NCBI GenBank assembly: GCA_964016885.1
Contig: OZ024742.1
Location: 250,790,001 to 250,854,000 of the forward strand
Reading direction: 5' to 3'
DNA: 64,000 nt
From: Eledone cirrhosa
Lineage: Eukaryota
The notes under the pieces were generated by a model. It saw only the letters and a program-made list of their open reading frames with translations. It had not been told where the DNA came from and made no database searches. Positions within the stretch are counted from its first letter, which is position 1, and each line of letters starts with the position of its first letter. The translations under genes and the position numbers were made by a program. Below are positions 13,000-31,500 of the stretch, piece after piece.

Positions 13000-13325
13000 A
13001 GAGAGAGAAGGAAGTATGAAAGATGGGAGAAAGGTGAGAGAGAGAAGGAAATAAATGAGAGAGAAAGAGAGAGAGAGGGGGAAAGAAGTATATGAGAGGT
13101 GAGAGAGAGGGGGGAAAGAAGTATATGAGAGGTGAGAAAGACAGAGAGAAGGAAGTATATGAGATTTGAGAGAGGTGAGAGAGAGAGCGAGAAGTATATG
13201 AGAGGTGAGAGAGACAGAGAGAGAAGGAAGTATATGGGATCTGAGAAAGAGGTGAGAGAGACAGCGAGAGAAGAAGTATATGAGAGGTGAGTGAGACAAA
13301 AAGTGAAGGAAGTATATAAGATAAA
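13000..13325. repeat. GA-rich degenerate tandem repeat
   Basis: Recurrent gaagtatatgagaggtgagagag. Confidence 0.8.
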
Positions 13326-13550
13326 AGGAAGTAATTTATGAATGAAAAGAAACAGATTTGATCTTTGTCCTAGTATTGATTGGTTATTCTATATAGTATT
13401 TCACCTGTTACAATGGTGGTGCAGTGTACACTCTGCCACCACCATCATCAAGACCTCACCTGACATAAATACCAACATTTATTGATTTTAATAGATATGA
13501 ACTGAAAAGTTTTATTTGGAGTGAAGCTGTGACAAAGAAAGGTTCATATA

Positions 13551-16500
13551 TTGAATGGAAAAACATCACAATCACCACCATCAATACCACCACCAACGCC
13601 ACTGCTATCACAATCAGACAACACCACCACCACTACCACCACAATCTTTGACAACACCAACACCACCACCACAATCTCTGACAACACCAACACCACCACC
13701 ATCAACACCACCACCGACAACACCACCACAATCACCGACAACACCACCACAATCACCGACAACACCACCACAATCACAGACAACACCACCACAATCACCG
13801 ACAACACCATCACAATCCCCGACAACACCACCACAATCACCGACAACACCACCACAATCACTGACAACACCACCACAATCACCGACAACACCACCGCAAT
13901 CACCGACAACACCATCACAATAACCGACAACACCACCACAATAACCGACAACACCACCACAATCACCGACAACACCACCACAATAACCGACAACACCACC
14001 ACAATCACAGACAACACCACCACAATCACAGACAACACCACCACAATAACCGACAACACCACCACAATCACCGACAACACCACCACAATAACCGACAACA
14101 CCACCACAATAACCGACAACACCACCACAACCACCGACAACACCACCACAATAACCGACAACACCACCACAATAACCGACAACACCACCACAATAACCGA
14201 CAACACCACCACAATAACCGACAACACCACCACAATAACCGACAACACCACCACAATCACCGACAACACCATCACAACCACCGACAACACCACCACAACA
14301 ACCGACAACACCACCACAATAACCGACAACACCACCACAATAACCGACAACACCACCACAATCACAGACAACACCACCACAATCACCGACAACACCACCA
14401 CAATAACCGACAACACCACCACAATCACAGACAACACCACCACAATCACCGACAACACCATCACAATCGCCGACAACACCATCACAATCGCCGACAACAC
14501 CACCACAATCACCGACAACACCACCACAATAACCGACAACACCACCACAATCACCGACAACACCACCACAATCACCGACAACACCACCACAATAACCGAC
14601 AACACCACCACAATAACCGACAACACCACCACAATAACCGACAACACCACCACAATCACAGACAACACCACCACAATCACCGACAACACCACCACAATCA
14701 CCGACAACACCACCACAATAACCGACAACACCACCACAATAACCGACAACACCACCACAATCACAGACAACACCACCACAGTAACCGACAACACCACCAC
14801 AATCACCGACAACACAACCACAATAACCGACAACACCACCACAATCACCGACAACACCACCACAATCACCGACAACACCATCACAATAACCGACAACACC
14901 ACCACAATAACCGACAACACCACCACAATCACCGACAACACCACCACAATCACAGACAACACCACCACAATAACCGACAACACCACCACAATCACCGACA
15001 ACACCACCACAATAACCGACAACACCACCACAATCACCGACAACACCACCACAATCACCGACAACACCACCACAATCACAGACAACACCACCACAATAAC
15101 CGACAACACCACCACAATCACCGACAACACCACCACAATAACCGACAACACCATCACAATAACCAACAACACCACCACAATAACCGACAACACCACCACA
15201 ATCACCGACAACACCACCACAATAACCGACAACACCACCACAATAACCGACAACACCACCACAATAACCGACAACACCACCACAATAACCGACAACACCA
15301 CCACAATCACCGACAACACCATCACAACCACCGACAACACCACCACAACAACCGACAACACCACCACAATAACCGACAACACCACCACAATAACCGACAA
15401 CACCACCACAATCACCGACAACACCACCACAATCACAGACAACACCACCACAATAACCGACAACACCACCACAATCACAGACAACACCACCACAATAACC
15501 GACAACACCACCACAATCACCGACAACACCACCACAATAACCGACAACACCACCACAATCACAGACAACACCACCACAATAACCGACAACACCACCACAA
15601 TCACCGACAACACCACCACAATAACCGACAACACCATCACAATAACCGACAACACCACCACAATAACCGACAACACCACCACAATAACCGACAACACCAC
15701 CACAATCACCGACAACACCACCACAATCACCGACAACACCACCACAATCACCGACAACACCACCACAATAACCGACAACACCACCACAATAACCGACAAC
15801 ACCACCACAATAACCGACAACACCACCACAATAACCGACAACACCACCACAATCACCGACAACACCACCACAATCACCGACAACACCACCACAATAACCG
15901 ACAACACCACCACAATAACCGACAACACCACCACAATAACCGACAACACCACCACAATCACCGACAACACCACCACAATCACCGACAACACCACCACAAT
16001 AACCGACAACACCACCACAATCACCGACAACACCACCACAATCACCGACAACACCATCACAATAACCGACAACACCACCACAATCACCGACAACACCACC
16101 ACAATAACCGACAACACCACCACAATCACAGACAACACCACCACAATAACCGACAACACCACCACAATCACCGACAACACCACCACAATAACCGACAACA
16201 CCACCACAATCACCGACAACACCATCACAACCACCGACAACACCACCACAACAACCGACAACACCACCACAATAACCGACAACACCACCACAATAACCGA
16301 CAACACCACCACAATAACCGACAACACCACCACAATCACCGACAACACCACCACAATCACCGACAACACCACCACAATAACCGACAACACCACCACAATC
16401 ACCGACAACACCACCACAATAACCGACAACACCACCACAATCACCGACAACACCACCACAATAACCGACAACACCACCACAATCACCGACAACACCACCA

Positions 16501-19500
16501 CAATCACCGACAACACCATCACAATAACCGACAACACCACCACAATCACCGACAACACCACCACAATAACCGACAACACCACCACAATAACCGACAACAC
16601 CACCACAATAACCGACGACACCACCACAATAACCGACAACACCACCACAATAACCGACAACACCACCACAATAACCGACAACACCACCACAATAACCGAC
16701 AACACCACCACAATCACCGACAACACCACCACAATCACCGACAACACCACCACAATCACCGACAACACCACCACAATCACCGACAACACCACCACAATAA
16801 CCGACAACACCACCACAATCACCGACAACACCACCACAATAACCGACAACACCACCACAATAACCGACAACACCACCACAATCACCGACAACACCACCAC
16901 AATCACCGACAACACCATCACAATAACCGACAACACCACCACAATCACCGACAACACCACCACAATAACCGACAACACCACCACATTAACCGACAACACC
17001 ACCACAATAACCGACAACACCACCACAATAACCGACAACACCACCACAATCACTGACAACACCACCACAATAACCGACAACACCACCACAATCACCGACA
17101 ACACCACCACAATAACCGACAACACCACCACAATCACCGACAACACCACCACAATCACCGACAACACCACCACAATAACCGACAACACCACCACAATCAC
17201 CGACAACACCACCACAATAACCGACAACACCACCACAATAACCGACAACACCATCACAATCACCGACAACACCATCACAATCACCGACAACACCATCACA
17301 ATCACTGACAACACCATCACAATAACCGACAACACCACCACAATAACCGACAACACCACCACAATCACAGACAACACCACCACAATAACCGACAACACCA
17401 CCACAATAACCGACAACACCACCACAATCACCGACAACACCACCACAATCACCGACAACACCACCACAATAACCGACAACACCACCACAATCACCGACAA
17501 CACCACCACAATCACCGACAACACCATCACAATAACCGACAACACCACCACAATCACCGACAACACCATCACAATAACCGACAACACCACCACAATCACC
17601 GACAACACCACCACAATAACCGACAACACCACCACAATCACAGCCAACACCACCACAATAACCGACAACACCATCACAATAACCGACAACACCACCACAA
17701 TAACCGACAACACCACCACAATCACAGACAACACCACCACAGTAACCGACAACACCACCACAATCACCGACAACACAACCACAATAACCGACAACACCAC
17801 CACAATCACCGACAACACCACCACAATCACCGACAACACCATCACAATAACCGACAACACCACCACAATAACCGACAACACCACCACAATCACCGACAAC
17901 ACCACCACAATCACAGACAACACCACCACAATAACCGACAACACCACCACAATCACCGACAACACCACCACAATCACCGACAACACCACCACAATAACCG
18001 ACAACACCACCACAATAACCGACAACACCAACACAATAACCGACAACACCACCACAATCACAGACAACACCACCACAATCACAGACAACACCACCACAAT
18101 AACCGACAACACCACCACAATAACCGACAACACCACCACAATCACCGACAACACCACCACAATCACCGACAACACCACCACAATCACCGACAACACCACC
18201 ACAATAACCGACAACACCACCACAATAACCGACAACACCACCACAATCACCGACAACACCACCACAATAACCGACAACACCACCACAATCACCGACAACA
18301 CCACCACAATCACCGACAACACCACCACAATCACCGACAACACCACCACAATCACCGACAACACCACCACAATCACCGACAACACCACCACAATAACCGA
18401 CAACACCACCACAATCACCGACAACACCACCACAATCACCGACAACACCACCACAATAACCGACAACACCACCACAATCACCGACAACACCACCACAATA
18501 ACCGACAACACCACCACAATCACCGACAACACCACCACAATAACCGACAACACCACCACAATCACCGACAACACCACCACAATCACCGACAACACCATCA
18601 CAATAACCGACAACACCACCACAATCACCGACAACACCACCACAATAACCGACAACACCACCACAATAACCGACAACACCACCACAATAACCGACGACAC
18701 CACCACAATAACCGACGACACCACCACAATAACCGACAACACCACCACAATAACCGACAACACCACCACAATAACCGACAACACCACCACAATCACCGAC
18801 AACACCACCACAATCACCGACAACACCACCACAATCACCGACAACACCACCACAATCACCGACAACACCACCACAATAACCGACAACACCACCACAATCA
18901 CCGACAACACCACCACAATAACCGACAACACCACCACAATAACCGACAACACCACCACAATCACCGACAACACCACCACAATCACCGACAACACCATCAC
19001 AATAACCGACAACACCACCACAATCACCGACAACACCACCACAATAACCGACAACACCACCACATTAACCGACAACACCACCACAATAACCGACAACACC
19101 ACCACAATAACCGACAACACCACCACAATCACTGACAACACCACCACAATAACCGACAACACCACCACAATCACCGACAACACCACCACAATAACCGACA
19201 ACACCACCACAATCACCGACAACACCACCACAATCACCGACAACACCACCACAATAACCGACAACACCACCACAATCACCGACAACACCACCACAATAAC
19301 CGACAACACCACCACAATAACCGACAACACCATCACAATCACCGACAACACCATCACAATCACCGACAACACCATCACAATCACTGACAACACCATCACA
19401 ATAACCGACAACACCACCACAATAACCGACAACACCACCACAATCACAGACAACACCACCACAATAACCGACAACACCACCACAATAACCGACAACACCA

Positions 19501-22500
19501 CCACAATCACCGACAACACCACCACAATCACCGACAACACCACCACAATAACCGACAACACCACCACAATCACCGACAACACCACCACAATCACCGACAA
19601 CACCATCACAATAACCGACAACACCACCACAATCACCGACAACACCATCACAATAACCGACAACACCACCACAATCACCGACAACACCACCACAATAACC
19701 GACAACACCACCACAATCACAGCCAACACCACCACAATAACCGACAACACCATCACAATAACCGACAACACCACCACAATAACCGACAACACCACCACAA
19801 TCACAGACAACACCACCACAGTAACCGACAACACCACCACAATCACCGACAACACAACCACAATAACCGACAACACCACCACAATCACCGACAACACCAC
19901 CACAATCACCGACAACACCATCACAATAACCGACAACACCACCACAATAACCGACAACACCACCACAATCACCGACAACACCACCACAATCACAGACAAC
20001 ACCACCACAATAACCGACAACACCACCACAATCACCGACAACACCACCACAATCACCGACAACACCACCACAATAACCGACAACACCACCACAATAACCG
20101 ACAACACCAACACAATAACCGACAACACCACCACAATCACAGACAACACCACCACAATCACAGACAACACCACCACAATAACCGACAACACCACCACAAT
20201 AACCGACAACACCACCACAATCACCGACAACACCACCACAATCACCGACAACACCACCACAATCACCGACAACACCACCACAATAACCGACAACACCACC
20301 ACAATAACCGACAACACCACCACAATCACCGACAACACCACCACAATAACCGACAACACCACCACAATCACCGACAACACCACCACAATCACCGACAACA
20401 CCACCACAATCACCGACAACACCACCACAATCACCGACAACACCACCACAATCACCGACAACACCACCACAATAACCGACAACACCACCACAATCACCGA
20501 CAACACCACCACAATCACCGACAACACCACCACGATCACCGACAACACCACCACGATCACCGACAACACCACCACAATCACCGACAACACCACCACAATC
20601 ACCGACAACACCACCACAATCACCGACAACACCATCACAATAACCGACAACACCACCACAATCACCGACAACACCACCACAATCACCGACAACACCACCA
20701 CAATCACCGACAACACCACCACAATAACCGACAACACCACCACAATCACCGACAACACCACCACAATCACCGACAACACCACCACAATCACCGACAACAC
20801 CACCACAATAACCGACAACACCACCACAATCACCGACAAAACCACCACAATCACCGACAACACCACCACAATCACCGACAACACCACCACAATAACCGAC
20901 AACACCACCACAATCACCGACAACACCACCACAATAACCGACAACACCACCACAATAACCGACAACACCACCACAATACCCGACGACACCACCACAATAA
21001 CCGACGACACCACCACAATAACCGACGACACCACCACAATAACCGACAACACCACCACAATAACCGACAACACGACCACAATAACCGACAACACCACCAC
21101 AATCACCGACAACACCACCACAATAACCGACAACACCACCACAATCACCGACAACACCACCACAATAACCGACAACACCACTACAATAACCGACAACACC
21201 ACCACAATCACTGACAACACCACCACAATAACCGACAACACCACCACAATCACCGACAACACCACCACAATAACCGACAACACCACCACAATCACCGACA
21301 ACACCACCACAATCACAGCCAACACCACCACAATAACCGACAACACCACCACAATCACCGACAACACCACCACAATCACAGCCAACACCAGCACAATAAC
21401 CGACAACACCATCACAATAACCGACAACACCACCACAATCACCGACAACACCACCACAATAACCGACAACACCACCACAATCACCGACAACACCACCACA
21501 ATCACAGACAACACCACCACAATAACCGACAACACCACCACAATAACCGACAACACCATCACAATCACCGACAACACCATCGCAATCACTGACAACACCA
21601 TCGCAATCACTGACAACACCATCACAATCACTGACAACACCATCACAATAACCGACAACACCACCACAATAACCGACAACACCACCACAATAACCGACAA
21701 CACCACCACAATCACCGACAACACCACCACAATCACCGACAACACCATCACAACCACCGACAACACCACCACAACAACCGACAACACCACCACAATAACC
21801 GACAACACCACCACAATAACCGACAACACCACCACAATCACAGACAACACCACCACAATCACCGACAACACCACCACAATAACCGACAACACCACCACAA
21901 TCACAGACAACACCACCACAATCACCGACAACACCATCACAATCGCCGACAACACCATCACAATCGCCGACAACACCACCACAATCACCGACAACACCAC
22001 CACAATAACCGACAACACCACCACAATCACCGACAACACCACCACAATCACCGACAATACCACCACAATAACCGACAACACCACCACAATAACCGACAAC
22101 ACCACCACAATAACCGACAACACCACCACAATCACAGACAACACCACCACAATCACCGACAACACCACCACAATCACCGACAACACCACCACAATAACCG
22201 ACAACACCACCACAATAACCGACAACACCACCACAATCACAGACAACACCACCACAGTAACCGACAACACCACCACAATCACCGACAACACAACCACAAT
22301 AACCGACAACACCACCACAATCACCGACAACACCACCACAATCACCGACAACACCATCACAATAACCGACAACACCACCACAATAACCGACAACACCACC
22401 ACAATCACCGACAACACCACCACAATCACAGACAACACCACCACAATAACCGACAACACCACCACAATCACCGACAACACCACCACAATAACCGACAACA

Positions 22501-25500
22501 CCACCACAATCACCGACAACACCACCACAATCACCGACAACACCACCACAATCACAGACAACACCACCACAATAACCGACAACACCACCACAATCACCGA
22601 CAACACCACCACAATAACCGACAACACCATCACAATAACCAACAACACCACCACAATAACCGACAACACCACCACAATCACCGACAACACCACCACAATA
22701 ACCGACAGCACCACCACAATAACCGACAACACCACCACAATAACCGACAACACCACCACAATAACCGACAACACCACCACAATCACCGACAACACCATCA
22801 CAACCACCGACAACACCACCACAACAACCGACAACACCACCACAATAACCGACAACACCACCACAATAACCGACAACACCACCACAATCACCGACAACAC
22901 CACCACAATCACAGACAACACCACCACAATAACCGACAACACCACCACAATCACAGACAACACCACCACAATAACCGACAACACCACCACAATCACCGAC
23001 AACACCACCACAATAACCGACAACACCACCACAATCACGGACAACACCACCACAATAACCGACAACACCACCACAATCACCGACAACACCACCACAATAA
23101 CCGACAACACCATCACAATAACCGACAACACCACCACAATAACCGACAACACCACCACAATAACCGACAACACCACCACAATCACCGACAACACCACCAC
23201 AATCACCGACAACACCACCACAATCACCGACAACACCACCACAATAACCGACAACACCACCACAATAACCGACAACACCACCACAATAACCGACAACACC
23301 ACCACAATAACCGACAACACCACCACAATCACCGACAACACCACCACAATCACCGACAACACCACCACAATAACCGACAACACCACCACAATAACCGACA
23401 ACACCACCACAATAACCGACAACACCACCACAATCACCGACAACACCACCACAATCACCGACAACACCACCACAATAACCGACAACACCACCACAATCAC
23501 CGACAACACCACCACAATCACCGACAACACCATCACAATAACCGACAACACCACCACAATCACCGACAACACCACCACAATAACCGACAACACCACCACA
23601 ATCACAGACAACACCACCACAATAACCGACAACACCACCACAATCACCGACAACACCACCACAATAACCGACAACACCACCACAATCACCGACAACACCA
23701 TCACAACCACCGACAACACCACCACAACAACCGACAACACCACCACAATAACCGACAACACCACCACAATAACCGACAACACCACCACAATAACCGACAA
23801 CACCACCACAATCACCGACAACACCACCACAATCACCGACAACACCACCACAATAACCGACAACACCACCACAATCACCGACAACACCACCACAATAACC
23901 GACAACACCACCACAATCACCGACAACACCACCACAATAACCGACAACACCACCACAATCACCGACAACACCACCACAATCACCGACAACACCATCACAA
24001 TAACCGACAACACCACCACAATCACCGACAACACCACCACAATAACCGACAACACCACCACAATAACCGACAACACCACCACAATAACCGACGACACCAC
24101 CACAATAACCGACAACACCACCACAATAACCGACAACACCACCACAATAACCGACAACACGACCACAATAACCGACAACACCACCACAATCACCGACAAC
24201 ACCACCACAATCACCGACAACACCACCACAATCACCGACAACACCACCACAATCACCGACAACACCACCACAATAACCGACAACACCACCACAATCACCG
24301 ACAACACCACCACAATAACCGACAACACCACCACAATAACCGACAACACCACCACAATCACCGACAACACCACCACAATCACCGACAACACCATCACAAT
24401 AACCGACAACACCACCACAATCACCGACAACACCACCACAATAACCGACAACACCACCACAATAACCGACAACACCACCACAATAACCGACAACACCACC
24501 ACAATAACCGACAACACCACCACAATCACTGACAACACCACCACAATAACCGACAACACCACCACAATCACCGACAACACCACCACAATAACCGACAACA
24601 CCACCACAATCACCGACAACACCACCACAATCACCGACAACACCACCACAATAACCGACAACACCACCACAATCACCGACAACACCACCACAATAACCGA
24701 CAACACCACCACAATAACCGACAACACCATCACAATCACCGACAACACCATCACAATCACCGACAACACCATCACAATCACTGACAACACCATCACAATA
24801 ACCGACAACACCACCACAATAACCGACAACACCACCACAATCACAGACAACACCACCACAATAACCGACAACACCACCACAATAACCGACAACACCACCA
24901 CAATCACCGACAACACCACCACAATCACCGACAACACCACCACAATAACCGACAACACCACCACAATCACCGACAACACCACCACAATCACCGACAACAC
25001 CATCACAATAACCGACAACACCACCACAATCACCGACAACACCATCACAATAACCGACAACACCACCACAATCACCGACAACACCACCACAATAACCGAC
25101 AACACCACCACAATCACAGCCAACACCACCACAATAACCGACAACACCATCACAATAACCGACAACACCACCACAATAACCGACAACACCACCACAATCA
25201 CAGACAACACCACCACAGTAACCGACAACACCACCACAATCACCGACAACACAACCACAATAACCGACAACACCACCACAATCACCGACAACACCACCAC
25301 AATCACCGACAACACCATCACAATAACCGACAACACCACCACAATAACCGACAACACCACCACAATCACCGACAACACCACCACAATCACAGACAACACC
25401 ACCACAATAACCGACAACACCACCACAATCACCGACAACACCACCACAATCACCGACAACACCACCACAATAACCGACAACACCACCACAATCACCGACA

Positions 25501-28500
25501 ACACCAACACAATAACCGACAACACCACCACAATCACAGACAACACCACCACAATCACAGACAACACCACCACAATAACCGACAACACCACCACAATAAC
25601 CGACAACACCACCACAATCACCGACAACACCACCACAATCACCGACAACACCACCACAATCACCGACAACACCACCACAATAACCGACAACACCACCACA
25701 ATAACCGACAACACCACCACAATCACCGACAACACCACCACAATAACCGACAACACCACCACAATCACCGACAACACCACCACAATCACCGACAACACCA
25801 CCACAATCACCGACAACACCACCACAATCACCGACAACACCACCACAATCACCGACAACACCACCACAATAACCGACAACACCACCACAATCACCGACAA
25901 CACCACCACAATCACCGACAACACCACCACGATCACCGACAACACCACCACGATCACCGACAACACCACCACAATCACCGACAACACCACCACAATCACC
26001 GACAACACCACCACAATCACCGACAACACCATCACAATAACCGACAACACCACCACAATCACCGACAACACCACCACAATCACCGACAACACCACCACAA
26101 TCACCGACAACACCACCACAATAACCGACAACACCACCACAATCACCGACAACACCACCACAATCACCGACAACACCACCACAATCACCGACAACACCAC
26201 CACAATAACCGACAACACCACCACAATCACCGACAAAACCACCACAATCACCGACAACACCACCACAATCACCGACAACACCACCACAATAACCGACAAC
26301 ACCACCACAATCACCGACAACACCACCACAATAACCGACAACACCACCACAATAACCGACAACACCACCACAATACCCGACGACACCACCACAATAACCG
26401 ACGACACCACCACAATAACCGACGACACCACCACAATAACCGACAACACCACCACAATAACCGACAACACGACCACAATAACCGACAACACCACCACAAT
26501 CACCGACAACACCACCACAATAACCGACAACACCACCACAATCACCGACAACACCACCACAATAACCGACAACACCACTACAATAACCGACAACACCACC
26601 ACAATCACTGACAACACCACCACAATAACCGACAACACCACCACAATCACCGACAACACCACCACAATAACCGACAACACCACCACAATCACCGACAACA
26701 CCACCACAATCACAGCCAACACCACCACAATAACCGACAACACCACCACAATCACCGACAACACCACCACAATCACAGCCAACACCAGCACAATAACCGA
26801 CAACACCATCACAATAACCGACAACACCACCACAATCACCGACAACACCACCACAATAACCGACAACACCACCACAATCACCGACAACACCACCACAATC
26901 ACAGACAACACCACCACAATAACCGACAACACCACCACAATAACCGACAACACCATCACAATCACCGACAACACCATCACAATCACTGACAACACCATCA
27001 CAATCACTGACAACACCATCACAATCACTGACAACACCATCACAATAACCGACAACACCACCACAATAACCGACAACACCACCACAATAACCGACAACAC
27101 CACCACAATCACCGACGACACCACCACAATCACCGACAACACCACCACAATAACCGACAACACCACCACAATCACCGACAACACCACCACAATAACCGAC
27201 AACACCACCACAATCACCGACAACACCACCACAATAACCGACAACACCACCACAATCACCGACAACACCACCACAATCACCGACAACACCATCACAATAA
27301 CCGACAACACCACCACAATCACCGACAACACCACCACAATAACCGACAACACCACCACAATAACCGACAACACCACCACAATAACCGACGACACCACCAC
27401 AATAACCGACAACACCACCACAATAACCGACAACACCACCACAATAACCGACAACACGACCACAATAACCGACAACACGACCACAATAACCGACAACACC
27501 ACCACAATCACCGACAACACCACCACAATAACCGACAACACCACCACAATCACCGACAACACCACCACAATAACCGACAACACCACCACAATCACCGACA
27601 ACACCACCACAATAACCGACAACACCACCACAATAACCGACAACACCACCACAATAACCGACAACACCACCACAATCACCGACAACACCATCACAATAAC
27701 CGACAACACCACCACAATCACCGACAACACCACCACAATAACCGACAACACCACCACAATAACCGACAACACCACCACAATCACCGACAACACCACCACA
27801 ATAACCGACAACACCACCACAATCACCGACAACACCACCACAATAACCGACAACACCACCACAATCACCGACAACACCACCACAATCACAGCCAACACCA
27901 CCACAATAACCGACAACACGACCACAATAACCGACAACACCACCACAATCACCGACAACACCACCACAATAACCGACAACACCACCACAATCACCGACAA
28001 CACCACCACAATAACCGACAACACCACCACAATCACCGACAACACCACCACAATAACCGACAACACCACCACAATCACCGACAACACCACCACAATCACC
28101 GACAACACCATCACAATAACCGACAACACCACCACAATCACCGACAACACCACCACAATAACCGACAACACCACCACAATAACCGACAACACCACCACAA
28201 TCACTGACAACACCACCACAATAACCGACAACACCACCACAATCACCGACAACACCACCACAATAACCGACAACACCACCACAATCACCGACAACACCAC
28301 CACAATCACAGCCAACACCACCACAATAACCGACAACACCACCACAATCACCGACAACACCACCACAATCACAGCCAACACCAGCACAATAACCGACAAC
28401 ACCATCACAATAACCGACAACACCACCACAATCACCGACAACACCACCACAATAACCGACAACACCACCACAATCACCGACAACACCACCACAATCACAG

Positions 28501-31500
28501 ACAACACCACCACAATAACCGACAACACCACCACAATAACCGACAACACCATCACAATCACCGACAACACCATCACAATCACTGACAACACCATCACAAT
28601 CACTGACAACACCATCACAATAACCGACAACACCACCACAATAACCGACAACACCACCACAATAACCGACAACACCACCACAATCACAGACAACACCAAC
28701 ACAATAACCGACAACACCACCACAATCACCGACAACACCACCACAATAACCGACAACACCACCACAATAACCGACAACACCACCACAATAACCGACAACA
28801 CCACCACAATCACCGACAACACCACCACAATCACCGACAACACCACCACAATCACCGACAACACCACCACAATCACCGACAACACCACCACAATCACCGA
28901 CAACACCATCACAATAACCGACAACACCACCACAATCACCACCACAATAACCGACAACACCACCACAATCACAGCCAACACCACCACAATAACCGACAAC
29001 ACCATCACAATAACCGACAACACCACCACAATAACCGACAACACCACCACAATCACAGACAACACCACCACAGTAACCGACAACACCACCACAATCACCG
29101 ACAACACAACCACAATAACCGACAACACCACCACAATCACCGACAACACCACCACAATCACCGACAACACCATCACAATAACCGACAACACCACCACAAT
29201 AACCGACAACACCACCACAATAACCGACAACACCACCACAATCACCGACAACACCACCACAATCACAGACAACACCACCACAATAACCGACAACACCACC
29301 ACAATCACCGACAACACCACCACAATCACCGACAACACCACCACAATAACCGACAACACCACCACAATAACCGACAACACCACCACAATAACCGACAACA
29401 CCAACACAATAACCGACAACACCACCACAATCACAGACAACACCACCACAATAACCGACAACACCACCACAATAACCGACAACACCACCACAATAACCGA
29501 CAACACCACCACAATCACCGACAACACCACCACAATCACCGACAACACCACCACAATCACCGACAACACCACCACAATCACCGACAACACCACCACAATA
29601 ACCGACAACACCACCACAATAACCGACAACACCACCACAATCACCGACAACACCACCACAATAACCGACAACACCACCACAATCACAGACAACACCACCA
29701 CAATCACCGACAACACCACCACAATAACCGACAACACCACCACAATAACCGACAACACCACCACAATAACCGACAACACCACCACAATCACCGACAACAC
29801 CACCACAATCACCGACAACACCACCACAATAACCGACAACACCACCACAATCACCGACAACACCACCACAATCACCGACAACACCATCACAATAACCGAC
29901 AACACCACCACAATCACCCGCAACACCACCACAATAACCGACAACACCACCACAATCACAGACAACACCACCACAATAACCGACAACACCACCACAATCA
30001 CCGACAACACCACCACAATCACCGACAACACCACCACAATAACCGACAACACCACCACAATCACCGACAACACCATCACAACCACCGACAACACCACCAC
30101 AATAACCGACAACACCACCACAATAACCGACAACACCACCACAATAACCGACAACACCACCACAATAACCGACAACACCACCACAATAACCGACAACACC
30201 ACCACAATCACCGACAACACCACCACAATCACCGACAACACCACCACAATAACCGACAACACCACCACAATAACCGACAACACCACCACAATCACCGACA
30301 ACACCACCACAATAACCGACAACACCACCACAATCACCGACAACACCACCACAATAACCGACAACACCACCACAATAACCGACAACACCACCACAATCAC
30401 CGACAACACCACCACAATCACCGACAACACCATCACAATAACCGACAACACCACCACAATCACCGACAACACCACCACAATAACCGACAACACCACCACA
30501 ATAACCGACAACACCACCACAATAACCGACGACACCACCACAATAACCGACGACACCACCACAATAACCGACAACACCACCACAATAACCGACAACACCA
30601 CCACAATAACCGACAACACGACCACAATAACCGACAACACCACCACAATCACCGACAACACCACCACAATAACCGACAACACCACCACAATCACCGGCAA
30701 CACCACCACAATAACCGACAACACCACCACAATCACCGACAACACCACCACAATAACCGACAACACCACCACAATCACCTACAACACCACCACAATCACC
30801 GACAACACCATCACAATAACCGACAACACCACCACAATCACCGACAACACCACCACAATAACCGACAACACCACCACAATAACCGACAACACCACCACAA
30901 TCACTGACAACACCACCACAATAACCGACAACACCACCACAATCACCGACAACACCACCACAATAACCGACAACACCACCACAATCACCGACAACACCAC
31001 CACAATCACAGCCAACACCACCACAATAACCGACAACACCACCACAATCACCGACAACACCACCACAATCACAGCCAACACCAGCACAATAACCGACAAC
31101 ACCATCACAATAACCGACAACACCACCACAATCACCGACAACACCACCACAATAACCGACAACACCACCACAATCACCGACAACACCACCACAATCACAG
31201 ACAACACCACCACAATAACCGACAACACCACCACAATAACCGACAACACCATCACAATCACCGACAACACCATCACAATCACTGACAACACCATCACAAT
31301 CACTGACAACACCATCACAGTAACCGACAACACCACCACAATAACCGACAACACCACCACAATCACAGACAACACCACCACAATAACCGACAACACCACC
31401 ACAATCACCGACAACACCACCACAATAACCGACAACACCACCACAATAACCGACAACACCACCACAATAACCGACAACACCACCACAATCACCGACAACA

